Origin: the human T2T-CHM13v2.0 reference genome, Homo sapiens
Strand: one strand, 5' to 3'
Assembly (NCBI RefSeq): GCF_009914755.1
Contig: NC_060931.1
Length of the DNA: 64,000 nucleotides
The number at the start of each line of letters is the position of its first letter. Position 1 is the stretch's first letter. Position numbers and translations under genes: made by a program. The notes beneath the pieces were generated by a model. It was not told the origin of the DNA. It ran no database searches and was given only the letters and a program-made list of their open reading frames with translations. Positions 14,429 to 25,590 of this stretch are shown here, piece by piece.

Positions 14429-15298
14429 TGTGATGGCTAATATCCAGTGTCAACTTGATTGGATTGAAGGATGCAAATTATTGTTCCTGGGTGCGTCTAT
14501 GAGGGTGCTGCCAAAGGAAATTAACATTTGAGTCAGTGGACTGGGAGAAGAAGACCCACCCTCAATCTGGGTGGGCACCAGCTAATCAGCTGCCAACGTG
14601 GCTAGAATAAAGCAGGCAGAAGACAATGGAAAGAGCAGACTCGCTGAGTCTCCCGGCCTTCATCTTCCTCCCGTGGTGGATGTTTCCTGCCCTCGAACAT
14701 CAGACTCCACATTCTTCAGCTTTTGGACCCTTGGACTTACACCAGTGGTTTGCCAGGGACTCTCAGGCTTTCAGCCACAGACTGAAGGCTGCACTGTCAG
14801 CTTCCCGACTTTTGAGGTTTTGGGAGTTGGACTGGCTTTCTTTCCTTTTCTTTTTCTTTTTTTTTTTTTTGAGACGGAGTCTCGCTCTGTTGCCCAGGCT
14901 GGAGTGCATGCCATCTCGGCTCACTGCAAGCTCCGCCTCCCGGGTTCAGGCCATTCTCCTGCTTCAGCCTCCCCAGCAGCTGGGATTACAGGCGCCAGCC
15001 ACCACGCCCAGCTAATTTTTTTGTATTTTCAGTAGAGACGGGGTTTCACCGTTTTAGCCAGGATGTTCTTGATCTCCTGACCTCGTGATCCACCCGCCTC
15101 AGCCTCCCAAAGTGCTGGGATTACAGGCGTGAGCCACCGCGCCCGGCCGGGACTGGCTTTCTTACTCCTCAGTTTGCAGACACCCTCTTATGGGACTTCA
15201 CCTTGTGATCGTGTGAGTCAATATTCCTTAATAAACTCCCCTTTAAATTTACATGTATCCTATTAGTTCTGTCCCTCCAGAGAACCCTGACTAATATG
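14429..15298 (+). mobile_element. MLT2A (MLT2A1-like) HERV-L solo LTR, interrupted by AluY
   Basis: tgtgatggctaatatccagtgtcaacttgattggattgaaggatgc...cctattagttctgtccctccagagaaccctgactaata; 5-bp TSD agtat at 14424-14428 and 15299-15303. Confidence 0.93.
14843..15148 (-). mobile_element. AluY, CpG-rich (young)
   Basis: gctcactgcaagctccgcctcccgggttcaggccattctcc and ttagccaggatg (Y diagnostics); 14-bp TSD ggactggctttctt at 14829-14842 and 15150-15163. Confidence 0.96.
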
Positions 15299-16154
15299 AG
15301 TATATACAAAACTAAATCATAATTAAACACATGTTGCAGCTGATGGGCGTGACTAGAAAGAGGTATCAATTTAAGTAAATTTAAAACACAATATCCAATC
15401 AGCTGAACTCTTTGAATGTCATATTTTACTTTATATCTTCATTTAACTTCTCCTAGACTCAGGTCCCTAGTATCTAAAATAAAAATTTGCCATGAGAATT
15501 AAGGGAAATTACATATACATATGTAAAAACTACTTTTTTAATCTAGAGAAACCTATAAAATGTTAACACTTATTATGTTTATAAGAAATCTTACTGTATT
15601 TTAGTATATAGAATATCATAAAAAATATAAATATCTAGCTGCCCAAGTGTGTATAGTGCTTGATCTATAGAAGGTGCTCAATAAATGTTAAATGAATGAA
15701 TACAGATGCTCTGAGTACCTTGCTAACAGCAAGAATGTATTTAGTATTTATTATTGTTATTATTCCCCCCATCATAATAATAGTGGAGGATAGTGCCCTT
15801 ATCTGTTTGTCATTGCAATAATGAACTCTACCAGCAGTCTCTGTAATTTGGGGGTGACACAGGAGAGGGAGCTCACAAAGACACACTATACACGCAATGG
15901 TCCTGAATCCTGAATTCAAACTGGTGTCTCTGTTTTTGTAGCTTTTCTTCCCCCAAATATGTAGGCAAACATACTAATACAACCATGAAAAAATGCCATT
16001 AAATATAATACCTTGCAATAATTAGGTGAAGAATTCTTGACATGCTCAAATTTTATAGTAATTATTTATATCATAAGTATGAGATTATAAAGCCTGTTTT
16101 CTCCGTTGACTTCAGGATGAAGTCGATAAAAGGGACTTAACTAATTATTATAAT

Positions 16155-16550
16155 CTATTAATCATTCCATACTTACTGAGCACCTACTAGGTGCCAGCTA
16201 CTGAACTAGGTGCTGAACAAAAAAAGTAGTCTCTTTGTAGAGTTCTTAGACTAGTTAGAGACACAAACAGCTCACCAGCAATTAGAAAACAGCATGTCTG
16301 CTACAAATGGGGAATTAATGAAGACTATAAGAGCATACAAGAGGGATTTTTCAGAAGAGTTCTCCAGGCATAGTGATGTCAAAGCTGAGACTGGGTGGGG
16401 CGGGGTTGGAGAAACTGTACTGGGAGAACATGTATGACGGTGAAGTTCAAGGGGCTGGAGAGCATGAAGAATTCAGTATCCTGGGGAAGGGGGTAGTGGG
16501 TAGAGAGGGAGCTGAAGAGGCAACAAGGGACAATTCATAAAAGGACTTAT
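16155..16550 (-). mobile_element. L2 remnant (3' portion)
   Basis: acttactgagcacctactaggtgccagctactgaactaggtgctg... typical reverse L2 3' end. Confidence 0.75.
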
Positions 16551-17113
16551 GAGCTAATACTCCTCAGGTAATAACACTGAATGAAAATATTTCCCTATAT
16601 GTCAAGCATATTCATTTTATTTCTTCCATTGATTATTAGTAATAGCTAGCTGCTTTCAAAGAAGCTTTCAGAATTTAATCAAAACAGGAAGAATACAAAG
16701 ACCTAAAACAAGTCTCTATAATCTTTTTCTAATTACAAACAAAGAGGTCTTTGGAACTGCCTCTCCCTAATTTGGCATGTGAATTATGATTTGAGAGCTT
16801 GAAATAGATATGGTACTGAATTCATTTGCTCTGAGGAAGAATAGACACAGATAGAAAGAAGTCTTTTCCTCTAGGCTTATACCAGTTTGCTTTTATAAGG
16901 ATTTTGCACCTTGTCCACAAACATTTGGAACTCATGGGAAAATTAATACTCCCTAAGCAAAATAACTGGTTTTTTTAGGAAAATGTCTTCAATTTTTCTG
17001 ATAGAAAGTTATTTCCTAGGTGCAGAACAAGCTACTACATATGCTTCGTAAATGATCTTGATATGTGGTAAAAGTTGATGAATGGAAAAGATGAAGGCTC
17101 AAGCACAATGAAT

Positions 17114-17404
17114 TTCTTTTTTTTCTTTTTTGAGATAGGGTCTCTGTCACTCAGGCTGGGGTGTAGTGGCATGTTCACAGTTCACCGCAGCCTCAAACTT
17201 CAGGGCTCAAGAGATCCTCCTCCCTCAGCTTCCCAAACAGCTAGGACTATAGGCACCTACCACCACATCTGGCTAATTTTTAAAAATATTCTGTAGAGAG
17301 GGGGTCTCACTATGATTCCCAGGCTGATCTCAAACTCCTGGCCTCAAGTGATATTTAGCCTTTGAAAGTGCTAAGATTACAGGTGTGAGCCACTGCACCT
17401 GGCC
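17114..17404 (-). mobile_element. AluJ
   Basis: ttttgagatagggtct...gcagcctcaaacttcagggctcaagagatcctcc...aggtgtgagccactgcacctggcc. Confidence 0.92.
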
Positions 17405-17419
17405 TTCAATTGCTTTGAT

Positions 17420-17903
17420 ACCTTATCAGTTAAGATTGGATTAGTTGCAAAAAATAGAGAATCCTAAAACAGTGATTTAAACAAGATACAAGTCATAGTT
17501 ATGCTGTCTGGTGCTAGTACGACAGCTCTACAGGGTTGTCAGGGACTGGTCTCCTTCTATCTTAACTTTCTACTATGTTGGTTATTATTCCCAAGCTAGC
17601 TATGTAAGTGTCAGTTATCACATGTAGAATTTATGCAGTAAGATGGATGAAGAATTGAGGAAAGCATGCCCTCTCCCTGTCAAGGGAACCTCTGCGAGTC
17701 TGTACATAGTTCTGCTTACATTTTATTAGCCAAAATTTAGTTGCAACACTCTACTTCACTGACAAGAGAGCCAAGGAGTGTTTTTTTTTTTTTTAGATAG
17801 GTTGCAAAAAGCCCAGCTAAAAATGTGTGTATTTCTAAGAAAAGAGGAAGGAAGAGAAAGAGAGAAGGACAGATTTTAGAAGCCAATTCCCAATCTCTGC
17901 CAT
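17420..17903 (-). mobile_element. Old MLT1-family (MLT1K/L-like) LTR
   Basis: tcagttaagattggattagttgc...aacagtgatttaaacaaga...ttctgcttacattttattagccaaaatttagt...tctctgccata. Confidence 0.6.
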
Positions 17904-18977
17904 AAACATATATTCATATAAACTTAAAAATGTGAATGTGTGCTGTGGTTTGTATGTTTGTGTACCTCCAAATTTCATGTTGAAACTTAATCTCCAATGC
18001 AACAGTATTAAGAGGTAAGGCCTTTAGTATGTGATTAAATTGTAAGGGCTCTATACATTAAGGGGATTAGTGTACTTAGAAATGGGCCAAACAAGGCTGT
18101 TTGGCCCTTCTTCCCCCTCTGGCCCTTCCTCCATTATATGAGGGCAATGCATTCATCCATTCCATCATGTGAGGATACAGCATCCAGGTACCATCTATGA
18201 AGCAGAGGGCAAGCTTTCATCAGACACTGACTCTGCCAGCACCCTGACCTTTAACTTCCCAGCCTCCTGAACAGTGAGAATTAAATTTCTACTATGTAGA
18301 AATTACCCAATCTAAAGTATTTTGTTACAGTAGCATGAATAGACTGAGACAAAAACTTGCACCAGAAATGGGGTGCTGCTGCAGCAAATACCTAAAAATG
18401 TGGAAGCAGCTTTGGAACTGGGTAATGAGTAGAAGCTGGAAGAATTTTAAAGTGCATTGCCATGAACAGAGGGGCATTGAGGGCAATACTGGTGAGAGCT
18501 CAAAGAAGAAGAGAGCTGTAAACAGAGTGTTGATCTTCTTAGAGATTATCTAAGTGCTTTTTAACAGAATGCTGGTAGAAATAGACAGTAAAGGCCATCC
18601 TGATGACATCTTAGACAGAAATGAGAAACAACTTATTGGAAACTGGAGAAACAGCCATTCTTGTGATAGCATGCAAAGACCTTGGCTGAACTGTTTGTCT
18701 CCTAGTGTTTCATTCAAGTAAGAACTTAACAGCAATGAAATAGGGTATTTGGCAGAAGAAATCTCTAATCAAAGTTTTGAGAATGTGGCATGGCTTCTTT
18801 TGACTGCTTATAGTAAAATGCAGGAAGGGATAATAAATTAAAGATGCAATTTATAATCTAAAGGGAAGCAGAACTTAAAGGTTTGGAAAATTCTCAGAAG
18901 AAAAAAGCATGTTCAGAAGAAAACACCAAGAGTGTGGCCAAATGACCATTTAATTAGAAAATCAGGATGGATAAAAG

Positions 18978-19798
18978 TGAGAGAGGAGAAAGGAAGAAAC
19001 CAGTCAGGCAGACAGTTAGGGTGGGTCCTCAGTTAATTTGTTTCAAACAAACAAACAAACAAACAAACAAAAAACCAGCCTAAAAAATCAAGTTGCTGGC
19101 ACAAATAAGGGAACTTGCCCAGGTGGCTTGCCTAAGACATGCCCTCAGCTGCATAGGTAAGAAAGGCTATAGAGAAGACTGGGCTGTTTGCAACTATATA
19201 AACAAAAATACTCCTTGGCTCTCTTGTCAGTTAAGTAGAGTGTTGTGACTAAATTTTGGCTAATAATATGTAAGCAGAACTATGTACAGACTTGCAGAGG
19301 TTCCCTTGACAGGGAGAGGGCATGTTTTCCTCAACTCTTCATCCGTCTTACTGCATAAATTCCACATGTGATAACTGACACTTACATAGCCAGCTCGGGA
19401 ATAATAACCATCATGCCTGCAATGGAAATAACCGACATGCCTGCAACAGAAAATTCCATCTCCTGACACGTGCGCAGTAAGGGGAACAAAGCAAAATGGA
19501 ATAACTCAAGCTGAGCCTGCATGTGCACTAGGAATATGCGGTGGAACTACCAAAAATGCACACCTTATGCAAAAGAGATGCCCAGCCCCTTATCAGTTTC
19601 TTATAAAAACCTCTGTATCCAAACTGTGAATCAGCAACCATTTTTCCAGGACCCCTCTCTGTAGCAGAGAGCTATTCTCTTTCTTTCACCAATTAAACTT
19701 CCACTCTTAACCTCATTCTTTGTGAGTCCACATCCTTGATCTCTGTGGCCCTGAAACAACCAACTTCAGGTGTTACCCCAGACAATGAGGCCACTTCA
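18978..19798 (+). mobile_element. ERV1-class solo LTR (MER83/MER84-like)
   Basis: TG...CA termini (tgagagaggagaaagg...gaggccacttca), 4-bp TSD aaag (18974-18977, 19799-19802), TATA-like ttataaaa at ~19601 and attaaa at ~19692; removing it restores contiguous MaLR internal ggataaaag|gaagccag. Confidence 0.88.
19179..19414 (-). repeat. Inverted duplicate of 17575-17816
   Basis: Reverse complement aligns to 17575-17816 with about 12 substitutions over the ~205 bp outside the T-rich end (manual count). Confidence 0.97.
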
Positions 19799-19836
19799 AA
19801 AGGAAGCCAGATGCTATTCATCAAGACAATGAATGA

Positions 19837-20001
19837 GGCTGGGTGTGGTGGCTTGTGCCTTTAATCCCAGAAATTTGTGAGGCTGAGGTGGGTGGATTGT
19901 TTGAGCTGAGGAGTTCAAGGACAGCCTGGGCAACATGGCAAAACTCTGTGTCTACAAATATATATATATTAGACAAATATATATATATATATAGTAGACA
20001 A

Positions 20002-20047
<46 letters not shown>

Positions 20048-20192
20048 AAATTAGGCAGACATGGTAACGTGTGCCTGTAGTCCCAGCTTGAGCCTGGCAG
20101 ATGAAGGTTGCAATGAGCCAAGATTGTACCACTGCACTCCAGCCTGGGTGACAGAGTCTCACTCTGCCTCAAAAAAAAAAAAAAAAAAAAAA
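19837..20192 (+). mobile_element. AluJ with expanded central microsatellite and right-arm deletion
   Basis: ggctgggtgtggtggc...ggattgtttgagctgaggagttcaaggacagcctgggcaac; A22 tail; TSD aatgaatga/aaggaatga. Confidence 0.92.
19954..20045 (+). repeat. Compound (TA)n/(CA)n microsatellite in the Alu linker
   Basis: acaaa(ta)n ttag acaaa(ta)n gtag acaaata(ca)n. Confidence 0.97.
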
Positions 20193-22424
20193 AGGAATGA
20201 AATAATGACCCCAAAAGCATTTCAGAGATTGTTGGGGCTGCCACTCTCATCATAGGCCCAAACTGCCAGGGCCTTGAGGGCAGAAAAGTTTCAAAAAACA
20301 GCCCAGGGCTCCTGTGTGAAAAATTTCAAAAAGCGCTCAGGGGTTCCTTCCCAGCACCACCTCAAGTCTCTGCTCCCAAAATTCAGGTGCGGTGCTCCTC
20401 AGCTGCACCAGCTGTGGCTCAAGTAGGCCCAGGTGCAGCTTGGGCCACCCTGCTGGAACATAGTGACAACTCTGCAGGCATGCAGAGTACAAGAGCTATG
20501 GGGGCTTGGCTACCTCCACCTAGATTTCAGAGGATAACCCCAAAAGCCTCAGGGTCCAGGCACAGGCAGGGCTATCACAGAAAGCCCCTAGTAGGGTAAC
20601 ACCCAGCAGATCCATGGGGTCAGGCTCAGGGTCACTGCAGAGTCCCCATTGGGGCAATGCTCAGGGGAGCTATAGGGTTGGGGATGCCGAAAAGAACTTC
20701 CACTAGGGCAAATATCCAGTAAAGCTGTGTGGGCAGGACTACTTCCAAGACCCTGGACCAGCAGAGCCACCAGCATGTAATTTCAGCCCAGGAGAGCTGC
20801 AGGAGTACCACTGCAATGCCATGAAAGCTGCTGTGTGGGCTGTGCCCAGCAAAGCTAGGGGGCAGGACTGTTCTGAGCTTTGCGGACCCAACTTCCACCC
20901 CAGTATATCCAGAAAGCAGACATAGAGTCAAAGATCATTCTCAAGCCTCAAGATTTAATGTTCTTTGCCTTGGTGAGATTTGTACTTACTTGCCACCTGT
21001 TTCCATTTCTTCCTTCCTATTTCCCCCTTTTGAAATGGGAACATCTATTCTATGCCTGTCCTACCGTTGCATTTTGGAAGCAAAAACTTGTTTGATTTCA
21101 CAGATTCACAGGTGGAAAGCAATTTGTCTCAGGATAAATCATACCTTGAGTCTCATCCATATCTGATTTAAATGATATTTAGATGAGACTCTGGACTTCA
21201 AACTTCTGAGTTGGTGCTGAAATAAGTCAAAAATTTGGGGGATTTTGGAATGGAATGAATGTATTCGTATGTGAGAAGGTCATGAATTTTGGGGGATCAG
21301 GGGCGGAATGCTACGGTTTGAATGTTTGTGGCAGTCCAAAATTCATATTGAGAAATTGAGGGTTTAAGATGGCAGATAGGAGGCAGGACTAGCTTGCAGC
21401 TGCCACTTGGATGGACAGAACAGCCTGTAGAGACTCACATCGTGAACTTTTGCTCCAGGAACTACAGCAGGAACACACCAGAAAGCCAAGATAATCCACA
21501 GACCCTTTGAAGGAACTGGATCACCATGGCAGGCTCCCTGAGATGCCAAAAAAACTGTGAGTCTGCTTAATTTCTCAATGGGGAGGTTTGTGGTCTGGGG
21601 CAAGTTTTCAGCCCTGGTCACTGGCTGCCTGGAAACAGACTCAGTGCCATTGGTGGGGCACAGTGGGAATGAGACCAGCCTTTAGGACTATGGGCTTTAT
21701 GGGAGCAGGGTGAGGCCTGTGACTGCTGGCTTTCCTCCACTTCCCTGGCAACTCAGCAGAGGAAACCTTAATCCTTCTGGGAATATAACTGCATTGGACT
21801 GGGAACCATACCCCCATCTGCCACAGCAGTCGCAGCAAGCCCACCCCAAGAAGAGGTTGAGCTCAGACATGCCTGTCTCTGCTCCCACCTGGTGGTCTTT
21901 CTCTACCTGCCCTGGTAGCTGAAGAAAAAGGTCATAATCCCTTGGGAACTCTATGGCCCTGCCCACCACTTGAGAAACCTGAATACTTAACCAGTTGTCC
22001 CTAGAGCAAGTTTGCATCCTCCATATAGGACCACAGCTGATGTGCTCTTCAGCTCCTGGCTGAAGGCCAACCAACAAAAACCAGCGCACTAAACAAAAAC
22101 ACAGCCAAGGACCCTCACAGAGTCCACTCCATTCCCCTGCTAACTCCCCGAGAGCAGGTGCTGGTATCCACAGCTGCAAGACCTGAAGACAGATTACATC
22201 ACAGGAGTCTTTGTAGACCCTCGCTAGTACCAGCCTGGAACCTGGTAGCTCTGCTGCGTGGCTAGACCCAGAAGAGCAGAAATAGTCACTACAGTTCAGC
22301 TTTCAGGAATCCCCATTCATAGGGGAAGGGGGAGAACACCCCATCAATGAAGCACCCTGTGGGACAAAAAATCTGCACAGCAGCCCCTGAGTCCCAGATC
22401 TTCCCTCTGATGTAGTCTACCCAA

Positions 22425-23443
22425 ATGAGAAGAAAGCAGAAAAACAATTCTGCTAATATGATAAAACAAGGTTCTTTAACATGCCCAAAAGATCACACCA
22501 GCTCACCAGCAATGGATACAAACCAAGACAAAAATCTCCGAATTGTTAGAAAAAGAATTCAAAAGGTTGATTATTAAGCTAATCAAGGAGGCACCAGAGA
22601 AAGTTGAAGTCCAAATTAAAGAAATCAAACACATTATACAGGATATGAAAGTAAAATTCTTCAGTGAAATAGATAGCATAAATAAAAAACAATCACAACT
22701 TCTGAAAATCAAGGGCACACTTAGAGAAATGCAAAATGCACTGGAAAGTCTCAGCAATAGTCTCATCCATCAAACAAGCAGAAAGAAAGAACTTGAGAAC
22801 TCAAAAACAAGACTTTCGAATTTACCCAATATGTCAAATACAAAGAAAAAAGAATTTTAAAAAATGAACAAAGCATCCAAGAAGTTCGGGACTATGTTAA
22901 ACGTCCAAACCTAAGAATAATTGGTGTTTCCACAGAAGAAGAGAAGTCTAAAAGTTTGGAAAACACATTTGAGGAAATAGTCGAAGAAAACTTCCCCAGC
23001 CTTGCTAGAGATCTAGACATCCAAATACAAGAAGCTCAAAGAACACCTGGGAAATTCATCACAAAAAGATCCTTGCCTAGGCACATAGTCATCAGGTTAT
23101 CTAAAGACAAAGGAAAGAATCTGAAGATCTGTGAGCCAAAAGCATCAGGTTCTGTAATGGAAAACCTATCAGATTAACAGCAGATTTCTCAGCAGAAACT
23201 CTACAAACTAGAAGGGATTGAGGTCCTATTTTAAGCCTCGTTAAACAAAACAATTATCGCCAAGAATTTTGTATCTAGTGAAACTAAGCTTCATAAATGA
23301 AGGAAAGATAGTCTTTTCCAGACAAATAAATGCTGAGAGAATTCGCCACTACCAAGCCAGCACTACAAGAACTGCTAAAAGGAGCTCTAAATCTTGAAAC
23401 AAATCCTTGAAATACACCAAAATTGAAACTTCTTAAAGCATAA
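22425..23443 (+). pseudogene. Disrupted L1 ORF1p (RNA-binding protein) of the L1PB element
   Basis: Fragments EKEFKRLIIKLIKE (22543-22860) and EENFPSLARDLDIQIQEAQRTP (22956-23177); stops and frameshifts. Confidence 0.9.
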
Positions 23444-23511
23444 ATCTCACAGGATCTATAGAACAATAAGACAATGAAAAATATCAAGGTGTTCAGGCAA
23501 CAAATAGCACA

Positions 23512-25590
23512 ATGAGTAGAATAGTACCTCACATCTCAATACTAACATTTAATGTAAATGGCCTAAATGTTCTACTTAAAAGATACAGAATGGCAGAATG
23601 TATAAGAATTCACCAACCAAGTTTCTGCTGTCTTCAGGAGACTTACCTAACACACAAGGATTCACATAAACTTAAGGTAAAGGGGCGGAAAAAGACATTC
23701 CATGCAAATGGACACCCAAAGCAAGCAGGAGTAGCTATTCTTATATCAAACAAAACAAATTTTAAAGCAACAGCAGTTAAAAAAGACAAAGGACATTACA
23801 TAATGATAAAAGAACTAGTCCCATAGGAAAATATCACAGTTCTAAATATATATGCACCTAATACTGGAGCTCCCAAATTTATAAAACAATTACTACTAGA
23901 CCTAGAAATGAGATAGATGGCAACACAGTAATTGTGGGGGTCTTTAATACTCCACTGACAGCACTAGACAGGTCATCAAGACAGAAAGTCAACAGAGAAA
24001 CAGTGGACTTAAACTATTCCCTACGAAAAATGAACTTAACAGATATTTACAGAACATTCTACCCAACAACTGCAGAATATACATTCTATTCATCAGCAAA
24101 TGAAACATTCTCCAGGATAGACCATATCACAGGCCACAGAACAAGTCTCATTAAATTTAAGAAAATCAAAATTATATCAAGTACTCTCTGAGACCACAGT
24201 GGAATAACATTGGAAATCCACTCCAAAAGGAACCCTCAAAATCATGCAAACACAAAGAAATTAAATAACCTGCTCCAGAATGATTGTTGGGTTAACAATG
24301 AAATCAAGATGGAAATTTAAAAGTTCTTTGAACTGAACGATAATAGTGACACAACCTATCAAAACCTCTGGGATACAGCAAAAGCAATGCTAAGAGGAAA
24401 GTTCATAGCATTAAATCCCTACATCAAAAAGTCTGACAGAGCACAAATAGACAATCTAAGGTCACACCTCACAAAACTGTAGAAACAAAAACAATCCAAA
24501 CCCAAACCCATCAGAAGAAGAAACATAACAAAGATCTGAGCAGAACTAAATGAAATTGAAACAAACAAAAAACAAACAAAACCCACAAAAGATAAATGAA
24601 ACAAAAAGCTGGTTCTTTGAAATGATAAATAAAATTGATAGACCATTAGCGAGATTAACCAAGAAGACAGAGATCCAAATAAGCCCAATTAGAAACAAAA
24701 TCAGAGATATTACAACTGATGCTACAGAAATACAAAAGATTATTCAAGGCTACTGTGAACACGTTTATGTGCATAAACTAGAAAACCTAGAGGAGACAGA
24801 TAAATTCCTGGAAATATACAACCCTCCTAGATTAAACCAGGAAAGCATAAAATCTGAACAGACCAATAATAAGCAGTGAGATTGAAATGGTAATTAAAAA
24901 AACTGCCAACAAAAAAAGTCTGGGACCAGATGGATTCACAGCTGAATTCTATCAGACATTCAAAGAAGTCTTGGTGCCAATCCTATTGACACTAATTATC
25001 AGGGAAATGCAAATCAAAACCACAGTGCAACACCACCTCACTCCTGCAAGAATGGCCATAATTTTAAAAATAAAAAAAAATAGAGTTGGCATGGATGCTG
25101 TGAAAAGGGAACACTTTTACACTGTTGGTGGGAATGTAAACTAGTACAAACACTATAGAAAATAGTGTGGTGATTCCTTAAAGAACTGCACATTCTGTAC
25201 ATGTAACCCAGAACTTACAGTATAATAATAAAAAAGTTACTGTATATTAAAAAAAAAAAAAGAACTAAAAGTAGATCTACTCTTTGATCCAGCAATCCCA
25301 CTACCAGGTATCTACCCAGAGGAAAAGAAGTCATTATATGAAAAAGATACTTGCACATGCATGTTTATAGCAGCACAATTTGCAGTTGCAAAAATATGGA
25401 ACCAGTCCAGATGACCATCAATCAACGAGTGGATAAAGAAAATGTTTATATATACCATGGAATACTACTCAGCCTTAATAAGGATTGAAATAATGGCATT
25501 TGCAGCAACCTGGATAAACTTTGAAACTATTATTCTAAGTAATTCAGGAATGGAAAACCAAACATTGTATGTTCTCACTCATATATGGAC
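23512..25590 (+). pseudogene. Disrupted L1 ORF2p of the L1PB element (endonuclease and C-terminal parts; RT domain deleted)
   Basis: HISILTFNVNGLN...CCLQETYL (EN), [15 protein letters not shown] joined to [10 protein letters not shown]; no RT motifs present. Confidence 0.9.
25188..25258 (+). mobile_element. Tiny 5'-truncated L1PA 3'-end insertion inside the L1PB
   Basis: gcacattctgtacatgtaacccagaacttacagtataataataaaaaa + gttactgtatatt + A tail; TSD aaagaact at 25180-25187 and 25259-25266. Confidence 0.88.
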
